A DNA stretch of 64,000 nt, taken from Candidatus Bathyarchaeota archaeon (GTDB lineage Archaea; Thermoproteota; Bathyarchaeia; TCS64). Position 1 is the stretch's first letter. Each line of letters starts with the position of its first letter. Shown piece by piece: positions 18,869 to 29,407 of this stretch. The stretch lies in NCBI GenBank assembly GCA_963769425.1, contig CAVYLP010000003.1, positions 319,911-383,910 on the forward strand, read 5' to 3'. Made by a program: the position numbers and the translations under genes. The notes beneath the pieces are model-generated. The model was not told the DNA's origin. It did not search any database and saw nothing but the letters and a program-made list of their open reading frames with translations.

Positions 18869-20161
18869 ATGGGGAAGCGGATAGTACTCGTGGGGGCGGG
18901 GAGCGCCGTCTTCGGCTACGACTCCGTCCTCGACGCCGTCAACCTCCCCGGGCTAAAGGGCTCGAACCTCGTCCTCCACGACATCGACGAGGCGCGCTTA
19001 GCCTCGATGACTAGCCTAGCCCTGATGATGAACGAGGAGACTGGGGCTAACCTGGAGATAGAGGAGACGATGGATAGGGAGGAGGCCTTGGACGGCGCGG
19101 ACTTCGTGGTTCTCAGCATCGCGCTGGAAAGGATGCGGCGCTGGAGGATGGACTGGGAGATTCCATTCAAGCACGGGATCAAGCAGGTGATCGGGGAGAA
19201 CGGCGGCCCCGGCGGCCTCTTCCACACGATGCGGATGGTCCCGCCCGTGCTCAAGGTCTGCCACGACATGGAGCTATACTGCCCCGACGCTCTCCTGCTC
19301 AACTACACGAACCCAGTCCCAAGGGTCTGCCTCGCCATAAACAGATACACGAGTATAAGGTCCGTGGGGCTCTGCCACGAGGTGGAGCAGCAGATGAGAC
19401 GCCTCGCCCCAATAATCGGCGTCCCCACCCTACTCCTCGACGCCACAAGCGCTGGCCTCAACCACTTCAGCTGGTTCACCGAGCTCAGCCTGAAGAACGG
19501 CGACGATGCCTATCCCCTCCTCGACAAGGGGCTGAGGAACGTGAAGGGCTTCCAGCCACTTTGCAGGGCTCTCTACAGAAAGTTCGGCCTCTACCCTAGC
19601 ACGGATGATAATCATGCTGGGGAGTACCTCGCCTACGCGTGGGAGTCATGCCATCCCGAAGACAGGGGGCTAAACTGGATCGACCGGATGGAGACCGAGG
19701 GGGAGGAGGCGTGGGTCAAGATGACCCGCCTCAAGGAAGGAAGGGACAAGCTCGACGCGAAGGGCAAGCTATCCGGCGAGGGGGCCATGAGGATCATTGA
19801 GGGGATCATCACCAACTCGGGCCACACGGAAATGCAGGTGAACCTCCCCAACGAGGGGCAGTTATCAAATCTGCTCCCCGACGCCGTCGTCGAGACCCCC
19901 GCCGTCGTCAACAGGAGCGGCGTCCACCCCATACACGTCGGCTTCCTACCACCTGGCCTCGCGGCTATCTGCAACATTCAGATCTTAGTACAGGGGTTAG
20001 TCGTGGACGCGGCGGTAAACGGCGATGTGAAGAAGGCGATGCAGGCTATGCTCGCCGACCCCGTCGTGCAAGACAACTTAGCGGCGGAGAAGGCCTTCAG
20101 GGAACTGTTCGCTGCCCACAGGGACCTGCTCCCGCAGTTCGCCCAAGAACTCAATAGCTAG
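18869..20161 (+). CDS. family 4 glycosyl hydrolase (alpha-galactosidase-like)
   Basis: GAGSAVF, GENGGPGG, LNYTNP, GLCHE, GLNHF. Confidence 0.92.
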   Translation: MGKRIVLVGAGSAVFGYDSVLDAVNLPGLKGSNLVLHDIDEARLASMTSLALMMNEETGANLEIEETMDREEALDGADFVVLSIALERMRRWRMDWEIPFKHGIKQVIGENGGPGGLFHTMRMVPPVLKVCHDMELYCPDALLLNYTNPVPRVCLAINRYTSIRSVGLCHEVEQQMRRLAPIIGVPTLLLDATSAGLNHFSWFTELSLKNGDDAYPLLDKGLRNVKGFQPLCRALYRKFGLYPSTDDNHAGEYLAYAWESCHPEDRGLNWIDRMETEGEEAWVKMTRLKEGRDKLDAKGKLSGEGAMRIIEGIITNSGHTEMQVNLPNEGQLSNLLPDAVVETPAVVNRSGVHPIHVGFLPPGLAAICNIQILVQGLVVDAAVNGDVKKAMQAMLADPVVQDNLAAEKAFRELFAAHRDLLPQFAQELNS

Positions 20162-20241
20162 TCCCCGTATCTTAAGGTTCACAGACTCCAACTAGACAAG
20201 TCTTTTACGGATAAGCCCCGTATTCTTCAGCGGTCACCGAT

Positions 20242-21114
20242 TTGTCGGGAATGGATACGATGGTTCAACTAAGGGAGGGCGGAGGGTTAAGGAAGCCCAC
20301 CGGCCTGCCCAAGATAGACTACCACTGCCACATCAGTATAACCGAGTACACGGACCCCGCACACCCAACGATAATCTCGGTCAGCGTCGAGGAGTTCCTC
20401 GCCGACCTCGACGAGGCGGGGATAGAGAAGGCCGTCGTCCTCAGCGACATGCGCACGACGCCGCAGCAAGTCGCCGCTTTCGTCAAGCAGGCGCCGGATA
20501 GGCTCATGGGCTTCGGATACGTCAACCCAATCCTCCGCGGCGCTGCGAAGGAGCTACGGAGGCAGCGTGAGGAACTCGGGCTGTTCGGCCTGAAGCTCTA
20601 CCCGTGCACGGACAGTTACAGCCCCGACGACCCCAACGCCTTCGAGGTCTACGACGTGGCGCAGGAGCTAAGCATGCCTGTACTCATCCACCATGCGGGG
20701 ATGCCAGAGGCACACGACCTCCTCACCCACACCGACCCAGCCCAGATAGATGTCGTCGCAAAGAATTTCCCTAAGATGAGGATGATCCTCGCACACCTCG
20801 GCTACCCACGCGTCGACGAGACCCTATATGTCCTGAGGAAGCACAAGAACGTCTACGCTGACATCAGTTGGCCCTACGGAAATATCAACCACCCGAGCTA
20901 TCTCTGGCTCCTCTGGAGGGACCTACTCACAGCATTGAACATGGGGGTACTGCAGAAGTTGGTCTTCGGCACCGACTACCCGGGCATCAGACAGAAGCCC
21001 TACCTCGACATGCTCATGTCGGTTAACCGGTACGCGCCCCATAGAGATCTCCAGATCCCAGCGGAGAGGCTATGGGCGATGCTGGACGAGAACGTCCAGC
21101 CCCTGCTTCCCTAG
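20242..21114 (+). CDS. amidohydrolase_2 family protein
   Basis: IDYHCH, GLKLYP, IHHAG, LAHLG, FGTDYP. Confidence 0.88.
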   Translation: MSGMDTMVQLREGGGLRKPTGLPKIDYHCHISITEYTDPAHPTIISVSVEEFLADLDEAGIEKAVVLSDMRTTPQQVAAFVKQAPDRLMGFGYVNPILRGAAKELRRQREELGLFGLKLYPCTDSYSPDDPNAFEVYDVAQELSMPVLIHHAGMPEAHDLLTHTDPAQIDVVAKNFPKMRMILAHLGYPRVDETLYVLRKHKNVYADISWPYGNINHPSYLWLLWRDLLTALNMGVLQKLVFGTDYPGIRQKPYLDMLMSVNRYAPHRDLQIPAERLWAMLDENVQPLLP

Positions 21115-22631
21115 ACGAGCCTCATCTTCCCGTCGACTGCGTCCTCAACCACGTAAGGTATGTAAGGGATGAGGTCCTGAGCCTCTATGTGGTACCCCTT
21201 ATCTGAGTAGACGGCGTCTCCGGCCGCCCCGTTTATGAAGGCCCCCGCGCACGCAGCCTGCATCGGAGAAGAGCCTTGGGCGATATAACCCGCTGTTATA
21301 CCAGAAAGCACATCACCTGTCCCGCCCACCGTCATCCCCGGGTTCCCCGTCCAGTTAAAGCGGGTGTGGATTCCATCGCTAACTACATCGACTGACCCTT
21401 TGAGGAGAATGACCGAGCCGAGCCTTTTCGCCTCCTCTTCGACGATTATTCCCTTCTCTCTCCAATCCCCCTCGGCCTTCCGGCCGGTGAGCACTTCGAA
21501 CTCTCTACTGTGGGGTGTGAAGACGGCCGGCACCTTGAGCCTACGTCTCCTCTCACCGAAGGCCTTGAGGCCGTCGGCGTCTACGAGCATGGGTAGCGAC
21601 CTCGCCTCGGCTGCTTTGATGAGCTTGAGCGTCGCATTTTTTGTCTCCTCGTGGAGGCCGAGGCCGGGTCCGAGGGCGACGGCGTCAACTTTTTCGAGGA
21701 AGGGCTCGAGCTGAGTGAGGTTCTTCGAAGTTAGCCTCTCGCCCTTTAGCTTCACGACTATCATGCTGGGCGAGGATGCGGCGACGGCCTCGGCTGCGGT
21801 CTCCGGGACGGCAGTGTAGACGAGGTCCACTCCGGTGGCCTGTGCCCCCATCGAGGTCAGAGCGGGGGCGCCGTGGTAGGTCTCACTCCCGCCGACGACG
21901 AGTAACCTCCCGAACATCCCCTTGTGGCTCTCCGCGTCACGTCTCCGGTGGACAAGGAGGACGTCGCCGGGTCCCGTGAAGAGCTCCGCCTCCGGGGGTA
22001 GCCCAAGCCTCACAACAATAAGCTTGCCCAGTTGCGGCGGCTTCCCCTTGAATCCGATCTTCGGTTTGTGGAACGTGACCGTGACGTCTGCTTCGACGCA
22101 CTCCTCCGGGGCCTCGCCTGTGTCGACGACAAGCCCGGTGGGAGTGTCGACGGATACCGTGTATGCAGGGGAGGCATTTATAGCGCGTATCATGGCGACG
22201 TTGACAGGACTCAGTCCTCCACGGTACGTGTAGCCGATCAGGGCGTCCACGATGGCATCCGCCTCGATGGGTCTCACTTGCGAGGAGTCATCGACGACCT
22301 GGAGAGAGAGGCCCCCGCCCATGAGTTGGGCGACCTCGTAGTTGTGACGCGTCTCATCGGAGCGGATCGAGCTCGGGCACCCGACCAGCGCCGCTTCGAC
22401 CTTGTAGCCTCTCCCCGCAAGGTGACGTGCGGCGACGAAGCCATCTCCCCCGTTCCCGCCGAGGCCACAGGCGACGAAAACCCGACTACCGGGTTTCACC
22501 TTCGCGGCGACAGCGTCCGCAACAGCGCCCCCAGCGCTTTCCATAAGCAGAAGGTTCGAGACGCCAAGGTAGTTCGCGTTGTACTCAGCGGCCTGTATCT
22601 CACGCATCGTCAGGTAGTCGTCGAGGATCAT
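21111..22631 (-). CDS. nnr: bifunctional NAD(P)H-hydrate epimerase/dehydratase
   Basis: LMESAG, GGNGGDG, DTPTG, HKG, GPGLG, DADGL, TPH, GGTGD. Confidence 0.93.
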   Translation of the reverse strand: MILDDYLTMREIQAAEYNANYLGVSNLLLMESAGGAVADAVAAKVKPGSRVFVACGLGGNGGDGFVAARHLAGRGYKVEAALVGCPSSIRSDETRHNYEVAQLMGGGLSLQVVDDSSQVRPIEADAIVDALIGYTYRGGLSPVNVAMIRAINASPAYTVSVDTPTGLVVDTGEAPEECVEADVTVTFHKPKIGFKGKPPQLGKLIVVRLGLPPEAELFTGPGDVLLVHRRRDAESHKGMFGRLLVVGGSETYHGAPALTSMGAQATGVDLVYTAVPETAAEAVAASSPSMIVVKLKGERLTSKNLTQLEPFLEKVDAVALGPGLGLHEETKNATLKLIKAAEARSLPMLVDADGLKAFGERRRRLKVPAVFTPHSREFEVLTGRKAEGDWREKGIIVEEEAKRLGSVILLKGSVDVVSDGIHTRFNWTGNPGMTVGGTGDVLSGITAGYIAQGSSPMQAACAGAFINGAAGDAVYSDKGYHIEAQDLIPYIPYVVEDAVDGKMRLV

Positions 22632-22671
22632 AGCAGCTCTGATCCTCCTATGATTCTTGAGGTTTTAAGAC

Positions 22672-23409
22672 TCACGGGTGTGCTGCGAGGTCGGCGACAG
22701 ATGAGAGGCGGTGAACGCCTCGGGTTTTCTCCACATTAGCTGGTCCCACGATTATAGAGGAAGGAAAACCGGCTGCCTCCGCAGCCTCAGCATCCACTGA
22801 CTGATCCCCGACGTAGACCGCTTCCGACGGACTGAATCCAGCTTTCTTACATGCTACGAGGAGGAGGTCCGGCGAGGGCTTAGGATTAAGGGTGTCCTCC
22901 GAGCCGGCCACGACCCCAAACAAGTCTCTGATCTTCAGTATCTTGAGCAGCTCCTCGGTGATGACGGTTGACCCATTCGTGGCTATTCCGAGTGAGAATC
23001 CGGCCTCCCTGACTCGACGTAAACCCGCCTCTGTTCCGGGGAATAATCGGGGGGTGTAATCCCTCATCTGGATTGTGTCAGCGTCGGTATATGCTAACTC
23101 GGCCAGTTTCCTAGCCTCGTGCCAACCATGCCCAATAGTGTAGATAGCTGCCGCAGCGATGGCCATGTCCTCCCTCCGCGCGGCCTTCGCGATCGCGCCT
23201 GTCATGTCGATGACCTTCTTCTTCGGGTCGTATCCACCGAGCGGCGCCCAGACCTCAGCGGCGGCGCGGCCCGCCCTCGCGACGAGGGCATCGAACCGAA
23301 GGGCCGCGAGGCTCTTGTATCGGTCCGCATCGTCCACAAGCGTTCCGTCAACATCGAACAGAACTAGCTTGACCCTGAGCTCATCACCATCGACCACAAG
23401 CGCCAGCAT
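22672..23409 (-). CDS. HAD family hydrolase
   Basis: LFDVDGTLVD, IATN, KPSPD, VGDQSVD. Confidence 0.9.
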   Translation of the reverse strand: MLALVVDGDELRVKLVLFDVDGTLVDDADRYKSLAALRFDALVARAGRAAAEVWAPLGGYDPKKKVIDMTGAIAKAARREDMAIAAAAIYTIGHGWHEARKLAELAYTDADTIQMRDYTPRLFPGTEAGLRRVREAGFSLGIATNGSTVITEELLKILKIRDLFGVVAGSEDTLNPKPSPDLLLVACKKAGFSPSEAVYVGDQSVDAEAAEAAGFPSSIIVGPANVEKTRGVHRLSSVADLAAHP

Positions 23410-23502
23410 ATGTCAACCACTCGTCCAAGGACTTGCTGATCTAGCTCACAACTGGTAACTTTTAAGTACCTTCGTCCCTAAGCTGTATCTGGGAACACAG
23501 TA

Positions 23503-23730
23503 ATGGCAACGGCATTCGTGTTGATAAACGCGGAGATCGGCGCGGAGACCGAGGTGCTGAAGGGGCTCAAGGACATCAAAGAGGTCAGAGAAGCCCACAT
23601 GGTCTACGGAGTCTACGACATCATCGCACGCATCGAGACAGACACGATGCAGGAGCTCAAAGACATCATAAGCTGGAAGATCAGGCGCCTCGACAAGGTG
23701 CGCAGCACGCTGACGATGATTGTGGTCTGA
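23503..23730 (+). CDS. stand-alone Lrp/AsnC ligand-binding domain protein
   Basis: AFVLIN..VYGVYDIIA..IRRLDKVRSTLTMIV. Confidence 0.88.
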   Translation: MATAFVLINAEIGAETEVLKGLKDIKEVREAHMVYGVYDIIARIETDTMQELKDIISWKIRRLDKVRSTLTMIVV

Positions 23731-23931
23731 TACAATACACGACGATTAACATTTTTATGTTAACCCATTCACTTAATTAGGGTATTTCTACTCGGTGGGT
23801 GTTCTCCCTTAGGCGATGTATATATGAATAAAACTAATATAATGGGACTAATTGTTTCAATTTAGTCGAACATCCCCATAAAAACCGAATAAGCTATTAA
23901 ACCTCGGTGTGGAATTTATCCTGAATAGATA

Positions 23932-24282
23932 ATGGCTAAGGAAATAGTGTCTGGAAACCTCGAGGGTCAGAAATTAAGATTACAAGTCTATAAACATGAA
24001 GATTTGAGTCCGATCTATGCAGATGGTGCATTCATAAAACCCGCTAATGGAAGAGCTCTCATTCTAGACTTTTTTTCAGGCGAATACCCTTACGTCGATC
24101 AGACCGGGAGGTTAAAAGCAGATGGAACGGGGGATGCAATTGTAAATGAAGTTCCAGAAGAATTTATCTATATTAGAACGATCCATTCATCAATAGTGTT
24201 AACACTTGAAAATGCAGAAGTATTAAAAAATCAATTAGAAGAAAATATAAAGGCTTTAAAAGCACAAATTAAGGTTGATTAA
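23932..24282 (+). CDS. hypothetical protein (DUF3467-like), AT-rich
   Basis: PIYADGA..LDFF..IVLTLENAEVLKNQL pattern. Confidence 0.55.
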   Translation: MAKEIVSGNLEGQKLRLQVYKHEDLSPIYADGAFIKPANGRALILDFFSGEYPYVDQTGRLKADGTGDAIVNEVPEEFIYIRTIHSSIVLTLENAEVLKNQLEENIKALKAQIKVD

Positions 24283-24284
24283 AA

Positions 24285-24635
24285 TTGGAACAATTTATAT
24301 CTTTAGATAATCAGCGTGGAGTAGAAGTTCCTACTAAGATTCCGAAACCATATACATTTGATGAGAAGTTAAGCGTTTTTCAAAAAGTTGTAATTGAGAA
24401 CATGGTTAATCCGAATTTATCTCAGCAAACATATTTCAACATAAAATTAATTACTTTAAGACCAGAGTTCTTTAATAAAAACTTGATAATGCCGGTGCAA
24501 AATGCAATAAAAGGGCTGGAAAGTGAAGATATTCTTAACATGGTTCAATGTGTTTCAATTAAATCATTAAAATCATTAGTTGAAAAGGATAATGACATTT
24601 ATTCGGAAGAGGATGTTAAGGCAAGATATGTATGA
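24285..24635 (+). CDS. putative antitoxin
   Basis: acidic C-terminus SLVEKDNDIYSEEDVKARY; ATGA overlap with the downstream toxin. Confidence 0.5.
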   Translation: MEQFISLDNQRGVEVPTKIPKPYTFDEKLSVFQKVVIENMVNPNLSQQTYFNIKLITLRPEFFNKNLIMPVQNAIKGLESEDILNMVQCVSIKSLKSLVEKDNDIYSEEDVKARYV

Positions 24636-24967
24636 AAGGAGATATTATATTACTACAGTTTCCATATACGGATGATCTAAGTAAATATAAAATAAGACCT
24701 TCGTTAGTTTTATATGATAATGGACTTGATGTTACTGCTGCTTATATTAGTTCAAAAGAAGAAAAATATGATCCAAAATGTCATTTATTAATCGAACAAA
24801 CTCATGCAGAATATCCAATGACTGGTTTAAAAGAAGATTCCATTATTAGGCTTGATAAAATATTTACCTTGGATCATTCTTACATTAAAGGGTGGAGGGG
24901 TAAGCTAGGAACATCTATAAAAACAGAGTTTAATAGACTTTTTTCCCACTTGTATTACATACCCTAA
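24632..24967 (+). CDS. PemK/MazF family toxin
   Basis: KGDIILLQFPYTD..KIRPSLVL..YISS..TGLKEDSIIRLDKIFTL. Confidence 0.85.
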   Translation: MKGDIILLQFPYTDDLSKYKIRPSLVLYDNGLDVTAAYISSKEEKYDPKCHLLIEQTHAEYPMTGLKEDSIIRLDKIFTLDHSYIKGWRGKLGTSIKTEFNRLFSHLYYIP

Positions 24968-24994
24968 ATCAATCTAATTGCATTATCTTTAATA

Positions 24995-25248
24995 TATTCA
25001 CCTCCAGCTCGTTTACAGATTGAACAAAAGCCTACTCTTTTGTTTGCTTCGTTGTGCTTGTCTTACTGGCTTTTAATTGATGCTGGGCTTCTGTCCTTGA
25101 GTGCTGCTATCTTACCCATCGAGATCTTGTCGTTGAGGTAGAGCTTCAGGATCTCAACATGCTCCTCATCTCCGATGGTATTGAAGGCTCCCCTCTCCTC
25201 ACAATACTTGAGCTCCCTAGTCTTGATGATTTTATCCAGTTGCTTCAA
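24995..25248 (-). pseudogene. HTH/Cys protein remnant with an in-frame stop, likely MGE-derived
   Basis: ISMGKIAALKDRSPASIKSQ*DKHNEANKRVGFCSICKRAGGEY continues past the TAA. Confidence 0.45.
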
Positions 25249-25348
25249 AAGACATGTGCTGAAAAACTACCATGAATAGCATAATCTAGTGATCCCTTCT
25301 TTGGCCCTCTGCGTGTTTTGCTATTGATCAAGGTCTAGTTCTCGTAGC

Positions 25349-25600
25349 TCATCTGTTTTCATCTTCTAGGGGCGCGTCGGGTTTTGGCGTAGCCACGTCG
25401 GTTATGAATAATGGAAGTAGGCTATCGATCGCTTTCTCTTTCTCAGTGTAGGCTACCTTATCAGCCCACTCTAGGAGGACGTTAACAAGGCTCCGGTATG
25501 GTTGAGTTACTCCCCTGATCTTTATCTCAAGAACCTCATGGAGTAGCGTCTCCATGGCGTCCTCTGGATCCTTATCATAGACTAGGATTAGTACAATTGA
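25349..25600 (-). pseudogene. gene fragment (..ILVYDKDPEDAMETLLHEVLE..), zincin-like, likely MGE-derived
   Basis: TLLHEVLE motif; frame open upstream of the annotated Met without a clear start. Confidence 0.4.
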
Positions 25601-25654
25601 TATGATAGTCGTCTAAAACCGCTACTTTTCAGCTGGCCTTTTTAGGTCGGCTTC

Positions 25655-26137
25655 TTAGAGCTTAAAACTCATTTTAAGACCCATTACTTCATCGTTCTCC
25701 ATTACTAGGCGTTCTTTCCCGAAGCTCCAGCGGGGGAAATGGCTGAGGACATCCATACCTAGTAGACTGAAGACGAGTTCCTTGGGGAGGGGCGCATAGT
25801 TGGGCCCCGGGGGGAGGACGGCGAGGTTCTCCATCGGGAATGTCACGTAAGCGCGCTTGTTATCCAAGAGACCAACCTGGACGGGGAGAACTACCTCCGC
25901 ATTATGGATGACCTTGAGGTTAACGGGACCATTAGCAGTTACTATGGTCTTCGTGACTGTTTGGAGGTCTCCATGCTCGATTCTGAGCCTCATGACGTCA
26001 TCGGGTAGTATGCATGAGTTACTGCATCCTGTGTCTACGAGGAAGGTGATGGGTTGGTTGATGTGATTCGGCGAATACCTGATATACCCCTCGACTCGGG
26101 CTTGCTTTAGCTTGTCTATGCGCCCTATGAGTCTCAT
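25655..26137 (-). CDS. retropepsin-like (clan AA) aspartyl protease
   Basis: ITFLVDTGCS, VTANG, SLLGMDVL. Confidence 0.8.
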   Translation of the reverse strand: MRLIGRIDKLKQARVEGYIRYSPNHINQPITFLVDTGCSNSCILPDDVMRLRIEHGDLQTVTKTIVTANGPVNLKVIHNAEVVLPVQVGLLDNKRAYVTFPMENLAVLPPGPNYAPLPKELVFSLLGMDVLSHFPRWSFGKERLVMENDEVMGLKMSFKL

Positions 26138-26636
26138 AGCACCCGTAAATTTATTACTAACAACCTTATAGAACTTTTTATTATCACAATACCAGATTAT
26201 AATGAAAAACACCATATGTATGATATATAATATCTCATCTAATGATCCGCTCAGTATCATTGTGCGAAAATTTCATCACAGAACTCATCAAATGGACTTT
26301 TTCACAAGATCATCTCTTCAAATCCAGATAAACTATCATTAATTACTCCCTAAAGATTAACCTACATAAAGACTATAATATTAAAAATGAATTCTCAGGT
26401 AAAACACTCAAACCACATTAAACCTAGGCTAAATTAGTCGCGGCAATATTAATTTTAGGAATATCTGCAGGTTATATGTATTTTAACAAACAGACTCAAT
26501 CGGTGAACACGGGTCAAGAAGGGAACTCGTTGCTCAATTTTTAGAGGAGTTTCATAAGATGAGGGGCTTACAAGTTACATTATTTGAAAAAGATATGGTT
26601 TAAAAGAGCTTCAATCATCAATCGAAGCGAACCCTG

Positions 26637-27953
26637 TTGCTGCTCCACATCGGAATCGATGACACCGACTCCCCCGAGGGCGGCTGCACGACCTATATCG
26701 CTGCGCTCTTAGTAGAGCAGCTAGAGGATATGGGGTGTAGGTTTATCGATTACCCGAACCTTCTGAGGCTAAACCCCAACGCGCCCTGGAAGACGAGGGG
26801 AAACGGGGCGATCTGTCTCCGCTTGGAGGCCCCCGAGGGAAGGGAATCCGAGATCAAAAAAGCAGTCATAGATGTGGTCGAGGCAAACGCTGAGTTTCGG
26901 TGTGATAACACGAACCCTGGCGTCGTCTTCCACGTTGGCGAAGTCCCAGCCGAGTTGAAGGAATTCTACATAGATGTCGTCCAAACTATAGTCCATCTCG
27001 AGGACGCGGAGCGTCTGATTACTGAATACTCCGCGTCCGCGGTGGCGTGGAAGAATAGGAGGGGTCTCATCGGCGCGCTGGCCGCGGTCGGGGGCACGTT
27101 AGAGGGGGATCACACGTATGAGCTGCTCACCTACAGGGTGGCGGAAAACAGAGGCACAACGAGAGTTATTGACGGCGACTCGGTGAGGAGAATCGAGGCG
27201 ACCAAAGGAGACACGTTCAATAGCGTTGACCCCGAGACGGGGCAAGTGCTTATCGCCCCCCGTGGCCCAGACCCGGTTCTCTATGGCGTAAGGGGGGAGA
27301 CCAGTTCATCAGTCCTCTCGGCTATGAGGGGGATAATCGTCGGGGAACCTGTCGAGAGGTGGGTTATCTTCCGAACCAACCAGGGTACCGACGCTCACCT
27401 TGCACGAGCATACCGGATATCTGAGCTAAAGCCACGCTACCCATCCATCGTTACGGGCATCGTCGAGGGAGGATGCAGGATCATCGAGGGGGGCCACGTC
27501 ATCTTCACCATAGGGGATGGCTCCGGGAGCCTGGATTGCGCGGCCTATGAGCCATCCGGGGGCTTCAGGGAAGTGTCCATGAGGCTCAGGGCCGGTGACG
27601 AGATCAGGGTGGCTGGCGGCGTCAGGGAGACCGTTTTTGGGATCACGCTCAATTTAGAGAGGCTTGAGGTCCTGACCATGGAATCCGAGCAGAGGTTTGT
27701 TAATCCCCGCTGCCCAGAGTGCGGGGGACCCACAGAGTCCATGGGGAAGGGGCAAGGGCTCCGGTGCAAGATGTGTGGCTACAGGGGAGCTGATCTGGTG
27801 AGGGTATCCCAGGAGGTTCCGCGGGAGATCAAGCCGGGGCTCTACCTCCCACCACCCAGGGCAGAGAGACATCTTACCAAGCCCCTGAAGAGGTATGGTA
27901 AAGAAAAGAAGGGAGTCACGACCCGAATCGAGGCCCCCTGGCACGGAGAGTAA
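26637..27953 (+). CDS. tiaS: tRNA(Ile2) agmatinylcytidine synthase
   Basis: GIDDTDS..GGCTT, RLNPNAPWKTRGNG, PVLYGVRG, TNQGTD, OB fold, CPECG..CKMCG, RHLTKP. Confidence 0.95.
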   Translation: MLLHIGIDDTDSPEGGCTTYIAALLVEQLEDMGCRFIDYPNLLRLNPNAPWKTRGNGAICLRLEAPEGRESEIKKAVIDVVEANAEFRCDNTNPGVVFHVGEVPAELKEFYIDVVQTIVHLEDAERLITEYSASAVAWKNRRGLIGALAAVGGTLEGDHTYELLTYRVAENRGTTRVIDGDSVRRIEATKGDTFNSVDPETGQVLIAPRGPDPVLYGVRGETSSSVLSAMRGIIVGEPVERWVIFRTNQGTDAHLARAYRISELKPRYPSIVTGIVEGGCRIIEGGHVIFTIGDGSGSLDCAAYEPSGGFREVSMRLRAGDEIRVAGGVRETVFGITLNLERLEVLTMESEQRFVNPRCPECGGPTESMGKGQGLRCKMCGYRGADLVRVSQEVPREIKPGLYLPPPRAERHLTKPLKRYGKEKKGVTTRIEAPWHGE

Positions 27954-28063
27954 TTATACTTCTTATGGTGTCGCGACCATGCTCGACGATTATCATGAAA
28001 ATTGAACTAAGACGCATTACATTCTGGATCAGGCTTTAATTTTCCAGAACCTTCTCCACCTAT

Positions 28064-28231
28064 ATGCAGAAACCAAAGTGCCCAAAATGCGGCTCCGAGG
28101 ACCTCGAAGACGACATGATAACCATATACGGGATCTGGGGGGAGCTCGTGGACACGGAGCAAGTTAAGAAGTGTAAGAGGTGCGGGGAAGTGATCAGGGA
28201 GGGTGAGAAGCATGAAGACGAGTCTACCTAA
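28064..28231 (+). CDS. small CPxCG zinc-ribbon protein (55 aa, not in the ORF track)
   Basis: MQKPKCPKCGS...KKCKRCGEVI..; overlaps the next gene start. Confidence 0.65.
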   Translation: MQKPKCPKCGSEDLEDDMITIYGIWGELVDTEQVKKCKRCGEVIREGEKHEDEST

Positions 28232-28313
28232 GGAGAGGTACAGCCAGGCCGGACCGATAGCGCCAACCGTGATGGTTACCTGCGTTGAATTATCTGGGAA
28301 GGCGAATATAATC
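28212..28313 (+). pseudogene. N-terminal fragment of a flavin reductase
   Basis: MKTSLPKERYSQAGPIAPTVMVTC..GKANII aligns with the start of 28435..28968, then similarity is lost. Confidence 0.7.
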
Positions 28314-28434
28314 AGATTCTGTTTTTATAGATTCCGAAAATCACTTTTCAGATATAATTTGTATCCAAAAGATCAGGCATCTAGATTCGGCTTCTGAGCT
28401 AATATTTTTAATCTGTTAGATCCACGAACATCTC

Positions 28435-28968
28435 ATGTCCAAGGTTGAGTTGCGTAAGGATAAGATGCTGCAGGCTGGACCTGCAGGGAACATCGTAATG
28501 GTAACGTGTTGCGATAAAAACGGTCGAGCAAACATCATCACGGCTGGCATGTATATGCCAATCAGTAGCAACCCGCCTCAAGTATGCATAGGCATCGCGC
28601 CTGAGAGATATAGCCACAACTTGATTCTAGAACAGGGAGAGTTTGTAGTCAACTCACCAAGTATTACGTTGAAAGAGAAGATGCATTTATGCGGAATCAA
28701 GTCGGGGAGAGACATTGACAAGTTCAAGGAGTTCGGGTTGACTCCGATCCCCGCGAGAAAGGTCAGGCCTCCACTAATCAAGGAGTGCTTTGGACATATC
28801 GAGTGTGAAGTAGTCAACCGCGTTATCTGCGGCGACCATACGCTCTTTGTTGGACAGGTTGTATCAGCCACAGCAGACAAGGAAGTGTTAGATGGCGGGA
28901 ACCTTGATGTTTTGAAGGCTCAGCCGATAATTCAGAAGAATCACTTGTATTATACGATAAAGTCTTAA
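28435..28968 (+). CDS. flavin reductase family (flavoredoxin-like) protein
   Basis: VMVTC..ANIIT, ERYSH, GEFVVN, CGIKSGRDIDK, GDHTLFVG. Confidence 0.9.
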   Translation: MSKVELRKDKMLQAGPAGNIVMVTCCDKNGRANIITAGMYMPISSNPPQVCIGIAPERYSHNLILEQGEFVVNSPSITLKEKMHLCGIKSGRDIDKFKEFGLTPIPARKVRPPLIKECFGHIECEVVNRVICGDHTLFVGQVVSATADKEVLDGGNLDVLKAQPIIQKNHLYYTIKS

Positions 28969-29064
28969 CAGTTCATTAAAATGGGGTAAAAAGGCAGGAA
29001 GTTGGGTACCAACCCGCAATCCTGTGCAAATACTCGCGAACACTTATGGGTAGAGCAGGAAAAA

Positions 29065-29289
29065 TTACCCCTCATATTCATCAGGCAACTGTCTGGAAAG
29101 GTCACCGATATCGTCATTTGGACCATAACTTCTCGCATGGAATTGTAATGGTCTTGATCTCTCAACAATGTGACCACATGAGGGACATCTCCACCTCATC
29201 GTGTCCTCTCCAGTCCAATTGATTCCTACAAATATCCGATTTTCTTGATGCGACCACGTAGTTTTACATTGCCTGCAGATGACCTTCAT
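29065..29289 (-). CDS. small zinc-ribbon protein
   Basis: CRQC...RCPSCG. Confidence 0.55.
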   Translation of the reverse strand: MKVICRQCKTTWSHQENRIFVGINWTGEDTMRWRCPSCGHIVERSRPLQFHARSYGPNDDIGDLSRQLPDEYEG

Positions 29290-29407
29290 CTAATCACAGT
29301 TATAGTTAGTATGATGTGATAATAAGATTTCTCTACTTTACCTAAAAATACATCTCTCGGATACAAGAGTTGGAAAAACTTGATGAAGAGTAAATAATTA
29401 TGCGCGC

